A stretch of DNA of 64,000 bases from Carpediemonas membranifera BICM. Lineage: Eukaryota > Protista > Fornicata. The notes below the pieces were generated by a model. It was given only the letters and a program-made list of their open reading frames with translations, was not told the DNA's origin and did not search any database. The stretch is taken from contig JAHDYR010000015.1 of NCBI GenBank assembly GCA_019828565.1, positions 175,926 through 239,925 on the forward strand, given 5' to 3'. The translations under genes and the position numbers were made by a program. How positions within the stretch are numbered: position 1 is the first letter of the stretch; each line of letters begins with the position of its first letter. Of the stretch, positions 9,912 through 21,659 are shown in pieces.

Positions 9912-10937
9912 TTAAGTGTCTTCCAGTGCCGCTCTGTGCGCAACTGTCATCTCAGTAATGTAGCGCGAGGCCATAACATCCGCCGGAGATCTCTGCAGTG
10001 GTCTATATGCAAGTACCTCAGAAACAAGGTCGACCATCTCGGGAAGAGGGATTGGCGTGCGGAACTGAGTGGCTGTGAGGATCTCAATCGCGCCCGGGGT
10101 TATGGACATTGATCCATTCGCGATAACCCGTCTCCCTGCTGTGCCAGGTGCGAGCCCATAGCCGGAGAAGTAACGCGAGACGAAGTGGAGCGGGTTGTCC
10201 ATGCATGTAGTGCGGTAGAGCCAAAAGCAGTCCTGCAGGACGAGTTCGTTGGCAAGCATTTTCTCCGGAGTGAGAATGATGCACGTATGCTCGTATGCCT
10301 GGGTCGAAATGGACTGCTTAAGCAGAGAGAACTCGCTATTGTCCGCTCCGGTACAGGTGGCGAAGTAGATGAGCCGAACCCGGCTGGTGGTGACGAGGGA
10401 TGGCTCACGGAAAGCGAAGAGGATCATCTGTACGATATCGTGAAGGTACAGGAACTCGTTAGCGCTCGCATTAACGATCATTCTCGACGTTGTGGTCTCG
10501 CTGTGGCCAGAAACAACCCAGAATGTCTCGAAATTGGCGAATTCTGCAGCCAACTGTTGCAGTATGGAGCCGAGGTGGGTCGTCGAGACGAAACTGACGG
10601 CAACCGTGGTGAGCCACTCGTCGCTGACGAGATCGAGGATGGCCTTCATGCGCTTGTGGTACCCCTCGGAGCCAGCAAGCCCGGTGACAGTGAAGACCGG
10701 GTTCGCACAAGTAGGTGCTTCGAAGCCATGGACTGGCTCGAGCAGGATAACGATGCGGCGGTTCACAAGCTTGCTCAGGGTGAAGGGGCAGTCATGCGTG
10801 GACCTGATTCCGTCATATTCCTTCAGGCCCTGGTTGCGAAGGTCAGAACGCGGCCTAGTGATTCCACAGACGCATTCATACGTGAGAGGATGGTCGCTGA
10901 TGCGTCTGGTACCGAATTTGCCAAATTTCCTCTCCAT
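9912..10937 (-). CDS. CHAT/caspase-like (clan CD) cysteine protease, about 341 aa
   Basis: Hydrophobic strand then His (FWVVSGHS) and hydrophobic strand then Cys (RLIYFATCTG), the clan CD dyad pattern; C-terminal homolog at 62323-62700. Confidence 0.6.
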   Translation of the reverse strand: MERKFGKFGTRRISDHPLTYECVCGITRPRSDLRNQGLKEYDGIRSTHDCPFTLSKLVNRRIVILLEPVHGFEAPTCANPVFTVTGLAGSEGYHKRMKAILDLVSDEWLTTVAVSFVSTTHLGSILQQLAAEFANFETFWVVSGHSETTTSRMIVNASANEFLYLHDIVQMILFAFREPSLVTTSRVRLIYFATCTGADNSEFSLLKQSISTQAYEHTCIILTPEKMLANELVLQDCFWLYRTTCMDNPLHFVSRYFSGYGLAPGTAGRRVIANGSMSITPGAIEILTATQFRTPIPLPEMVDLVSEVLAYRPLQRSPADVMASRYITEMTVAHRAALEDT

Positions 10938-11124
10938 TTGGCAACTACCACTTTTTTTTTCCAACACTGGTAGTTGGCCGAACCAGCTATAGGGAAGGAT
11001 ATGGACCACAATAAGCAAGCATTCTGGTGTTACAGATAAGATATTGTATGTGTGTCCTTTACGGTGTGAGACGGCCCCATCAATCCCGAGAAATACCGCG
11101 TGTCCGTTTGCAAAAAAAAATCAG

Positions 11125-11934
11125 ATGGCGAGAAGAAAGGCGCTCCCACCAAAGCCGCAGCCTGGGGGTATCAGAATACCCATTACGTCCACTGCGGGCA
11201 AGACGCCGCCGTCTGCGCCTTCAAATGATTCTCAGGAGGGTTCCTCAAGCGAAGATTCCATCATTGAATCCGTTGTGCATACTCAGGCACTGCATCCGGA
11301 TCTGGTCGCCGCGATCTACCCAAACACTCCCGAGGAGTCGATCAGGGGAGCTTAAGGAGGCCGAGAAGGACCTTCCTCCCCTCGAACCCCCGAGTTGGTT
11401 ATCCACCCGGCTGACCCACCCCTCCATTGCCGTTGAGGTGCAGCCTTGTCTGGCTCCCGACCACACGGACGTGGGTAGAGGCCTCATTGCAACTGCCGCA
11501 ATTGAGCCCGGAAAGCTCCTCGGCATTTACGCCGGTAGGATTGTGTCCGACGAGGACTACCACGCGAATAACAGCAACATGGTGTTTGTTCATTGTTCAT
11601 TATGCCTTTACACAGCATTTCATTCGACGCTAGCAACATTTACGTCGACGCCGGCGAAGGTGAAGGCATTGGTGTACACCTCATCAACCACAGTGAGAGT
11701 GACACCAATTGCCAGTTCACCAACCGTTTGCTCAAGGACCTTCCAGTCCTTGCGGTTGAGTCGACGAACGTCATTCAGGCCGAAGAGTTTCTTCGTATCA
11801 GTTACGGCGAGATCTTCTTTGATGCGGGTGAGGTCTTGACCATTGCTAGGTTCCCGAGTCTGCCCATTTCTCATCTGAACTATCTCACAAGGTTCCTGGA
11901 GCAGTATCCGGCACTCAAGAAGCGGAAGAAATGA
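11125..11934 (+). CDS. SET-domain lysine methyltransferase; 32-nt intron at 11584-11615; +1 frameshift in a G run near 11347
   Basis: GRGLIATAAI.PG.LLGIYAG, LINHS..TNC, EFLRISYG; splicing GTTTG...ACACAG joins the frames (MV|ISFDAS). Confidence 0.85.
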
Positions 11935-11959
11935 ATTAAAATGTCAAAGCATCTCTTTT

Positions 11960-14900
11960 TTACTCGGGAACTCCACGCTTAACGTCCTCGGCATCAACAA
12001 CTCTCTTTTCGCGATCCTTATCGACTGCCTTGCGCTTGATATAAGTCGTATGAGCCTTTCTCTTACCACCCTTTGAACGTTTGCGGACAAATAGCGTCGC
12101 ATGCTCATCCTTGACGACCACAATAGCTTGCGCCGCAGCCACATCTTCATCAGATCCACGCCGGACCATGCCGGACTCATAAACTTCCGTCAAATGCATC
12201 CGCACAATATACTTGTCATGGTACGTCAACATCTTGACCCAGATAACGACTACAGTCTTGCTCTTCAGAGCTGACCAGGCCATGACACCAAAGTTGCTGT
12301 ACCAATCAGTGGCATCGTCGAACATCAGGGTGGGCACGAACACGTTAGACGTCTCAAGCCTCAGCCTCTCGCCAGCATCGGAGAATCCCCAGGCGCGCAC
12401 CTCCTCCCTCACTGCTGCCACTTCCTCTGCCGCAAACTTCTTGTCGAACTCGCCATTCTCAACCTTCTGCAGGCAGTAGCCGATGCACAATCCATCCGGG
12501 TTGACTGCAATCTTCCGCCAACTCTTACGATCTTTGAGAACTCGCTCGCCTACCTTGTCGTACTCCACGTCGATGTACTTCTGCCTATCAACGTCGCTCC
12601 GTAAGTATATCTGCATAGGGGGAACATTGGCAGGCGTCGGAGAGTGCTTGTGGTGAACGTAGGATTCACAGGGGAGCTGAACTGATTTATAAACTGCACT
12701 GACTTGATCACTACACTGCCCCCACGGCCCGGAGCCAAAGGTGAGGACAGGACATGATAATGAAGAGAGAGTCAGGGCAAAACCGAAGCGGACCGTGACT
12801 TGGAGGTTGGTGTGCCACGTGCTTTTGGTCAATAGTGAAGTCGAACGTCGTTGCTGAGAACGCTGATGTCGAACAAAGATGGGGAATGTAAGAGTGTCGA
12901 GATGTGGTCAGGAAGAGCGTGGACGTTGGCAAGGCCGATCGTCAGGTGCGCCAAAGCGGCATGCACCTGACAGCACTGCCCCCACGGCCCGAATCTCGAG
13001 GGTCGTACTCTAATAGGAAGGATGCATGACGCCGCTGATGTTGTAGCGTCGGTACTGGTGTGGCTACATGAGTCGCGTCTGTCGTCGAGACTTTGTCGCG
13101 TGTTAGTATGCCGGGAGCGTGGGCTGATATATACCCACAGCATGATAGGTGGCATTGGTACCGGGTGAGGTGAGAGGAGAAGTTGCCGCCCGTCACGAGG
13201 AAAATATGCCGAAGGTTGGCTACGCTAGAGTTGATTGATGACGTCGAGTCACTTGCAAAACGAGTCTAGCGATGGGTGGTGAGCTAGGTGCGAGAGCCAT
13301 GGAGAGGGCTCCTGGCCCAGTTAAGACTTGTCAGCCGGCACCATAAGGGAAGAGCGCTCGTGGAGGGACGTACTGTCGACCGACCCGACGTTTGAACCTG
13401 ATCTGGGGCTCAGTGTCGAAGCTGGTCTGGTCAAGAGACATGTTGTCAAGCCTTCGCAAGAGTGAAGCTCGGGTCTTGGGCACGGATGTAGCGCGCGGCC
13501 AAGAGCTGAAGGGGCGCGAGGAACCGGGGCGTATTGTCGCCAGCGTGCAGCTGTCTGTGTTGCGATGTCACCCAGTTGTTGCGCGATAGATGACCCGGCT
13601 GGACCCGCGCGGTGTAGACTCGGCTCATGAAGAGCGCTACTGGGAGTCGTACGCGACAGAGGTCAGTGGGCGCGGTCGGCTGATGTATGCCGAGGCTGCT
13701 GATTTCACGGATGGTCGCCGGGACCGTAACCCGAGGTAAAGCAAGCCAGTGATAATAGAGAAGGAACGTGCGGACTGTCCAAGAGCAGGCGGTTGACTGC
13801 CGCGTGTCGTCGAGACACATGAGCGTACAGTGTATAGATTCTGCCAAGATATAGGAGCGCTATGTCGCACATGTATGTTCTAAGGAAGCCGCTGAGGCCG
13901 CCGTAAGGTTGCTGTGTCCGCGGATAGCCGTTCAGACTATTGCTCCACGGGGTACAACGGTGGGGTGTCCTGATGTAAGGAGCAGAGGAGTACCGAATGT
14001 GTCATGGTGGTTGCACCCAGCCGTACAGGCTGCTGAAAGTTGAGCTTGGTACTCTGAGGATGTATAGGCAGGAGCTGTCCTGACGTCGAGTCAGTGTCGT
14101 GACGTCCTAGCCTTTGTGAACGTTGGGTGAGGTTATAGAGGCGGATCTGCGACGAGCAGGCCTCAAAACCCAGTCGTTCGTGTGAAATTGTGGCCTGGAT
14201 ATGGAGATATGGAAAATATCTCGACAGATATGATAGATCTGGAAGTTCGAGCATGTATGTTGTGACGCTGGGCTATCCCGGCTTACTCTGGAGAAAAGAT
14301 ATAAAAAGGCGAATCTAGATGCCGATGAATCTAGTTGGCGGAGATATAGTGCCGATCAGTCATAAAGAGTGGGTGTGCCCGAACGCTGCTGGGACTGGAG
14401 CGTCCGTGGGGCCCATGAATAACTTGAGGGTCAATTGAATGACTCACTCAGATGAGACCTCTAACCCATGGTCAGGGTCGCGGGCGTGGACGTGAACCAG
14501 TTGGTGAAGCCGCAGCTTGATCGTCTGGCTCGGTAATGGTGGAATAACTCGTCGAAGGCGAAAAGTAGAAATTACCGTGCGTGTGGAGTAGCGGAGCGCG
14601 GAAGACGGAAGAAAGCGCTGAGGAATGCACGAACTAATTAAATGGAACCCGAATTGCGCAGGTATTCGCTAAGGGATACTGGCTGAAGGGAAAAAGACTG
14701 AAGAAGTCTATCTTTGAGGAAACCGAGCTGGAAAATAGCTCCAAGGAGACAGAACTTGCTTCTGTAATGCTCCCAAAGCGTCGCTGCATACTTATTGGCA
14801 ATCGTAGGGAAGTATCAGCAATTGTAGGTGCGGCGCTAGGTGCTCTGACCTAAAACTGCGGAAAAGTAGACACGGTCCGACAGTCAAGGAGTGGGTCGTA

Positions 14901-16915
14901 TGAGGTGTGTGCTACCGCATTGCTGACGAATTTCGGTCGGATGGACCGGTCTCCGAGGTGAATGTGGCGTGGAAGCCTTGGCCGTTGATTCTCAGGATGT
15001 AGCCATGGAAGACTTGCCTCTGTAAGCCTAGACTAGTGTGTGCGGCCATTCTGATGATGATGGTATGAGGACTTAGTGGTTCGGAGACGATACGGACTCG
15101 TTGTGCAACAAGGAATTCTGAACAGCTGCTTCTGCCGAATTACAGTAGCATCGTTGATGCTAGCCCAATAGGCCTTGTCAGTTACCTACAACGAGGCATC
15201 TAGTTGTGTTCAAGTTGCAATTGGACACTTCTAGACGGGAAATTTCCGCAAACGCAATTAGAACGGCAGATACGTGTGATTTCCTATCCAAATTCCGTAA
15301 GAAAGCTCTACGTCAGTTGTTAACCCCTGAACACGCGCGCTTAGGAGTAATATTACTGTGGTGAACGTAGGATTCACAGGGGAGCTGAACTGATTTATAA
15401 ACTGCACTGACTTGATCACTACAGTGCTGTTTGATGATAGCCTTCATCTCTGGCGACAGACCGAGGTCGAGGGGTGGGACCGTTATGAACTTCTGGCCCC
15501 CGTACCTCATCATGGTGCTATTGATCAGAGTCCATAAGGCTCCAGTCACATTGTTCCTCTGGAACAGTACCATCAAGGCAGCGAGAGGAACGTAGCGGTC
15601 AAGCTCCACTGTTGCCTCCTCGGCGCGCCTGACAAGCTCAGCCCAGTTGTCCTCGAGTTCATCGGCGAGCGCTTCAAGCCCAGCCTCACTCGCGCGTGCC
15701 AACTCTGCTTGAGTAAGCTGATGGATCGCCTGATCCTCGGCCTTCTGCTGACCTAACTCAGCTTCAAGTCTCTTCTGGGACTCCTCAGACTCTCTGTTAG
15801 CCTGTTCAAGCGCCTCCCTCGCCTCCCGCTCCTCAGCAAGCCGTTTCATCAAGGGCTCGTACTGCTCCAACAAGCGCACAGACTCGGGTACATCATCAAG
15901 GCCTGCACTGGTGTCGTCTAGCTGCTGAAGGAGAGAACCAATGGTGTCTGTGTCGTCCACATCGGACTCTACGTCGACGTCTTGATCAGACTGGGGCAAA
16001 GGAACGCCGTCACCCTGCATGGCGGCCGGTTCAGAGTGGCCATCGGACTCGGACTCGTCAGTGTCGGAAAATTCATCGTGTGTCGTGGACTCTGCGTCGA
16101 CAACCGGAAGCGGCTGAGGGGCAGCAACGACTGCAGAAGGCTTGGTGGCTGCTGCTGAGTGGTTCTGGGCCCGGACTAACTCCTCTTGGACCTTCATCAG
16201 AGCAGCAGTCGATGAGGCGAGCTCCTTCTCAAGACGAGCGATCTTCCTCTTCAGAGGAGCTGACGGATCGAGCGAACCGATCTTAGCCAACTCCTCGGCC
16301 AGCTTCTCTGAGCCAGCGAAGGACAGCTTCTTGCTGAGCTGGGCGTGGGCGATAAACTGGCCAAATTGGCCTGCCGGAACACGAGAATCGAGTTTCTTCG
16401 AGTCCTTGTGGCGCAACACAAGGTGGAATGCGCGGTAAATCTCAACCTGCTTCTCAACAGGGAGCGAGTCGACGCCGACTAGAGCCTTATGAACAGATTT
16501 GGCGGTGAAGTGGTCACAAAACTTCCGTCGGAATGCCTCAATTGTGTCGGGAGAGTCAAAGTCGACCTCGCAGAGGTAGTTGCGGTTAGTTGCGTCACAT
16601 ATCGCGCGTAGTTTGGCAACTCCATAGTCGTGAACGTGCTGGCTTAAAGTGCGCTTCAACGGGAACCCGAAAACAACGTTGATCGTACGAATGCTGATCA
16701 GACGGACGCAAACGAAGAACAGAGGGTCATCAGAGACGATGCCGTGATCTTGCAGCCAGGTTATACGGCTCTTTGTGGACGAAAGGGCGTCGTATGCACG
16801 GAATGAATCATCTGTGTAAATAGGACCGTGAAAATGAAAGTGACACACCAGAATCGTCAGGAGCAAGCATTGTCTCCTTCAGTTTGCCGAGAGAGATGAT
16901 GTCTTCGTTAACCAT
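11960..16915 (-). pseudogene. About 712-aa protein with acidic/coiled-coil region and C-terminal OTU-like cysteine protease, interrupted by an LTR element; 37-nt intron at 16812-16848
   Basis: Removing 12649-15423 plus one TSD joins IIKQH|SPTPANVPP in frame. OTU-like motifs: VNPDGLCIGYC, DWYSN, VVVKDEHATL. Confidence 0.7.
12649..15423 (-). mobile_element. Non-autonomous LTR element, 2775 bp, with decayed interior
   Basis: Identical 67-bp LTRs (12649-12715, 15357-15423), 5-bp TSD GTGCT, PPT at 12716-12725, palindrome GTAATATTAC at 15347-15356, no long ORF. Confidence 0.92.
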
Positions 16916-17112
16916 TGTCAATTTGGTCCTCAGAAGACTTTCTCGAAAAATGAAATACGTTTTATCTCAATAAATATTGCCAGCTGTCATGTAAATACCT
17001 CCGATCAGCCATAAAGACCCAAGAGCTACCCCTTGGCCGATTTTCAGCTCATTCTGCACCTGCGCTGTTTTGGCCGTTTTTCGATGGGCATCTCATCGCT
17101 CCATTTTCGATT

Positions 17113-17269
17113 TTGTCAATTTGGTCCTCAGAGGACACAGATTAAATTTTTCAGTGTCCTCTGAGGACAACATTGACAGGATTTGTAGCTTATCTATGGC
17201 CAGAAACTGAAATCGCTGAAAAGCTCAGAGACGTCGTCATATCATCTATAACGGCATCTCTGAGCTTTT
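17113..17269. repeat. Two adjacent inverted repeats in the divergent intergenic region of the transposon
   Basis: gtcctcagaggacac...gtgtcctctgaggac (flanked by tgtcaat/attgaca) and aaaagctcagaga...tctctgagctttt. Confidence 0.8.
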
Positions 17270-17594
17270 GGGCGCACGGTTTCATCCTGACGTGGAGATC
17301 GATGGTGGTGAAAATGAAGAATTGACTAGGAGAGCTCTACGCTTGCATGCAGCCTTCTATTAGGTTGTTGATGTTGGTTATATGCTTCTTTTTCGTTCTC
17401 GATGCGTGTGGATGAGTATTCTGTTGCAAGATTCATTTTGATGGACTGATATTGGTTATAGAGGATAAAGGCACCAGAATGGATCATATGCATGCTATAA
17501 ACCCGTTCTGTGCCGTTGGAATACCATAGCTGCGCAGCAATGTCGAGAGTCACAGTTCATTTCACATTTTCACACGCATTTTAAGGAAACAACG

Positions 17595-18356
17595 ATGGCA
17601 AGAAGTAAACAAGGCAATATACAGGCCACTGAAGCTCAAAAGGAGAGGAGAATGGCTCTTGGCAAGAAAGCGCAGCAAAAGAGCCAGAGCAAGTCCAACA
17701 AGTCCACGAAAACAGCCCGAAAAGCTCACAAGACGCCCATCGAGATCGTTCAGACCTTTATCAGCAATTTCCTCACTAATAATGACGATATTACCCGCGC
17801 AAACGGATGGGTTGTCGACTTCAGCCAGAAGTTTGCCGCCGAGGTCCCTAAGATGAAAGTAGCCTCCTTGAAGAAGGACAAGCTCTACGGCAATCTCCAG
17901 TCGGTCGAAGAGATCAGCCGCAAGTGGCAGGGAGGCGGTGATGAGGACAAGCGTCACCGCTTCAAGGCTCTCCTCAGTCTTGACGCCCAGACAGATGAGC
18001 TGGACACGGACGACCCACTCATCGCGACTGTCCGCGAGATGGATGATGCCTTTCACCGCATTCCCATCGCCTACCGGGCTAAGGTCCATGCCTTCGCTGC
18101 TTCATCGTGCGGTGTGACGGTCGATGACGTCAAGCTCGTCCTGAGCAAGCCTTGCCGTGACCGCGACGCGGATATCATCTTCGCCAGACCCACCAGAGTT
18201 CTGAAGAAGGAGGCTAAGACACTCAGTCAGCTCACTTCTGTCATTGCCAAGCGGAATGCGGAACGTGCTGAGGCTGAATCGCGTGATGTGCTGCGTCGCA
18301 AGGTATACCAAGCCATCATGAATTACTACTTAGAGTGTTCGGCACAGGAGCTATAA
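17595..18356 (+). CDS. 253-aa Lys-rich hypothetical cargo protein
   Basis: Clean ORF with basic N-terminus, TTTCAC motifs upstream, convergent stop next to the GNAT gene. Confidence 0.7.
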   Translation: MARSKQGNIQATEAQKERRMALGKKAQQKSQSKSNKSTKTARKAHKTPIEIVQTFISNFLTNNDDITRANGWVVDFSQKFAAEVPKMKVASLKKDKLYGNLQSVEEISRKWQGGGDEDKRHRFKALLSLDAQTDELDTDDPLIATVREMDDAFHRIPIAYRAKVHAFAASSCGVTVDDVKLVLSKPCRDRDADIIFARPTRVLKKEAKTLSQLTSVIAKRNAERAEAESRDVLRRKVYQAIMNYYLECSAQEL

Positions 18357-18380
18357 ATTCTTGTTTTATTTTCATTTCAT

Positions 18381-19306
18381 TTACACTTCTTCGTCATCCT
18401 CAACGGAAATATTCCATTCACTGTCCCAGAAGTTGGCTTTCTTCTCCTTACGCATCTCGGCCCTCGTTTCCTTGATCTCTTTGACCAGCGTGAAAGAACG
18501 AAGGTTGTAATGGCGGATAATCATCAACTTCTGCCTGATTCGGGTGACGTTAGGCCGTTTTGCCGCACGTTCACGGCGCACGGACACACGGGTGCGTTCC
18601 ACGAACGAGTCAACACTCCTCTTGTCGGAAGCAGGCATCCCATGAGCGTGCTGATCAAGTCTATTACCATGGTTGGTCACGCGGATCAACGTAGAGCCTT
18701 GCATTATCATCCCACAGCACTCTGTCAGGCTCTTGCCGAGGTTGGTCCACTTGTTGGGACCCATCGTGCCCTCCATCGTGACAATGGCAAGTGGGTTGCC
18801 CCCCGTGTCCACCAGCTGCTCGACCTGCGACGGGTCCGATGACTCCTTGAGGCCAAAGGACGCATACATGTCCTGGAGTCGCTTGTCGCACTGCAGTCGG
18901 ACGAGTTCTTCGGCAGATGCTATGCTAAGAAGCACCCTCGCGAACCCAAGACCTCTGCAGGAGACGGCTGTCCGTAAGCCGATGACAAACCGCTCCTGGT
19001 GCAGTTGTCCGCTCAGGGTCTGCCCCTCCCTGTACGACTCGCGGAAGAGAAGGCATGCAGCCTTGATGTTGTCCATCTCAACCCCACGAATTGCGATGAG
19101 ACTGTGTTAACAAGAAGTGTAGTGGGTCTGACATACATGACGAATGAGTAGTTCAGACAGTCGAGGTTCGAAGTCGCCAGATCTCTGTTGAAGAAGGCCC
19201 TGACAGACGGCAAGAGCTCAGACTTGTCTGAAAGCTTGACATATTGAATATAGGCCTTGTGTTGCGATAAATTCATCGTCAGCCATGTCGGAAGTGGCGT
19301 TTCCAT
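18381..19306 (-). CDS. GNAT-family acetyltransferase; 35-nt intron at 19102-19136
   Basis: Motif A LRTAVSCRGLGFARVLL and motif B LQDMYASFGLKE; intron GTATGT...TAACACAG joins YSFVI|LIAIRGVEMDN in frame. Confidence 0.72.
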
Positions 19307-19430
19307 TGTTTTTCACCAAACAAGTGACGTAATGTGAAAATTGTGAAACTACCAATGTTGAAAAAGAAATTTGGTAGTTGGGGGAAACACACCAAATGGG
19401 ATGTACTGACCAATAAAACTCCTTTACTCA

Positions 19431-21659
19431 CTACTCAGCGCGTGCATGACCGCAAATGCAGCAAACAAGCTCCTCACCCATGTCTGCCAACTCGCAAACC
19501 ATCACCCCAGACTCTTCGTCCCATGCCAAAGCCGTATAATCGTTGACGTACTGCCACATCTCGTCAACGAGCTCCTGGAAGAGGCGCACCACCGCCGCCG
19601 TGGCATGGAATTGGTGCCTTGCCTCCATGTGGCTGCGAATGGCGAACCATGAGCGAGCTTGTCTGCAGCATTGGTGGACTCGGACACGACGAAGCCTGTT
19701 CAGCGGGGGGACTGAGTAGTCCTGGCGACCGAACGAGCGAATACCCGTTAAGAACGTGCAGATGAGGGTGGTCTGCTCGGTCAAACACAGCTTCCCGATC
19801 ATGGCCGACCTGTGCAACTCGGCTCGGACCTCCTGGTTCTTGATGAACTCTCTCTCAAAGAACTCCTCGAGGAGGTAAAAAAAGAGGAATGCGGAGATGA
19901 TCGTGAAGAAGAGGCTGGGCAGTGAGCCTGCTGTTGACATAGAGTGTCTGGGCACATGGCTTCTCCGCCTTGTCTGCTTGCCCAGGAGGGAGCAACGCCA
20001 GCTTTGTCTGGTGTGCCTGCAGACTGAGCATGACGTGGAACAGGTGGCACATGGACGCGGCCAAAAAGTGGAATGCGACTTTGCTGTCGGTGACAGGCTC
20101 GGTTGAGTAGTAAAGAGCCTGGAGATAGCCAATGAGTCGCACAATATCTTGGACGGACTCAGGAAGAGCCTCGTAATCCTCGTTCGTGGTGTTCGCCATG
20201 CGAACTCTGGCAGCAGACTGCTCGTTGCACCCGACAGTGCGGTCAATACTGCGGTTGGATGACATGCGTTGGAGCTTGCGCTTGTCTACGGCAGTTGCGT
20301 TCCGATCAGCGGGGAAGCTGGCGCATAGCCGTGCCACTTGCTCGAGCAGGCGGTGCGAGTTGTGCATGATCGGAGGACAAAAGACAACTCGCTCCGTGTG
20401 GATGACTCGGGGCTCTGGCCGGTTCTCGAAGATGGCCCTCTTGTCGGAGAAGTTGCCATACTCCTCTTTCGGGTCCTGCACACGGTCGGGGTCGGCCTGC
20501 ACGGCGTGGAACGCTGCCTTCTGCTCGAGCAAATCATGCAAGGTGACCCGAGAGTGCGCCGGAATGGGGTGCAGCGCCTTGTGGTCTCGACGGATGCTGT
20601 TGAAGGGCTGGGGATAGTGCCCTCCATTACCCTCGATGCCGGATGACAGCTTCCTGATGGCCGCGTGATCGCCCATGACGATGACTTGGTCGAAGGTGGT
20701 GACCTGGTCAGTTCCTCTGATCGGTATGAGGGCTTGATAGATCCGCTCGACTTCTTCCTCAACGAGTTGAAGGTTTCCCTCCTCCGTCAGCTCCTTCTCA
20801 CCGGCAAGACACTCAACGAGTCGGAAGGGGGGAGTGATGCGGTTAGGGAACGTGAAGCCTGACGGGTCGTAGATGCGGATCTTGAACGTTGCGGTATGTC
20901 TCTTCCATGCGTCGAGCCACAGGAGTAGTTTTAGTGGTTGGAACTCGACATGGCCTGGGTCCTGAAGGGCACGAGAGCAACGCTCGAAGTTCGTCTGGTC
21001 AGACTCGAGCCACCCCGGGTGAAGCACTGCCTGCTGCAGATAGTACACGCCATCGAACCACACCGTTTCCACCTTGTCCCAGGTCGAGCTGTTCAGTCGC
21101 TTGCCCAGATGGGCGATACCTACACTGCCTTTGAGGGACTGGTAGTGCTGGACAGCGTCGGATTCGCTGTCATAGTGGAGGGTGAGCGTCGGTCGCTCCC
21201 AAGTGTGGTCGGCGACGAGGTCGTGGTCGAAAAACGGAGTCGGCTCGGCTCCGTCGGCTACAGTCAAACGGTTCGTGAGCTCAAGTCGCGACTGCGTGCC
21301 GGACATGGTACGCCGCCATGTTGTATTGCCTGAGACCGACCTGCACGGCACGAGATGCTTGACGAAGGCGCGCTCCTCCTCAGTGAGGGCCTCTGAGACA
21401 CCAGATATTCTGGTCATGTCAATGCCAAGGTCCTTAATGAGCACCTCCGCGGTCTTGTTCTTCGAGATCGGCTTTCCAAGCCGGCGGGAGATGTTGTTGA
21501 TGAGCTTAAAGAGCTCTTGGGTCGAGTTGAAGCCATTGCGGACGTACATCAGGATCGATGTGAGCTCCATGATCTCAGAAAAGTTGGCGGAGCGCTCCTC
21601 TGAGTCGTTGTAGTCCTGCACAGCACGCTCCTGGATGGCGTGGGTGCGGTAATCGTCCC
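19431..21659 (-). pseudogene. RAG1/Transib-like DDE transposase, main body (N-terminus at 37864-38173; about 845 aa reconstructed); one frameshift in the A7 run near 19880
   Basis: LLLWLDAW (D1), VMGDHAAIRKLSSGIEGNGGHYP (D2), PPIMHNSHRLLE, TLYVNS...IPLFYLLEEFFE (E), in the order of the Transib/RAG1 core motifs. Confidence 0.7.

Noticed and set aside
15313-15423. Shared peptide CSDQVSAVYKSVQLPCESYVHH in two ORFs
   Set aside because: It is translation through the two identical LTRs, not a protein repeat.
19114-19131. 14-bp match between the GNAT intron and the LTR end at 7088-7101 (agacccactacact)
   Set aside because: Too short to distinguish from chance; no other LTR features in the intron.
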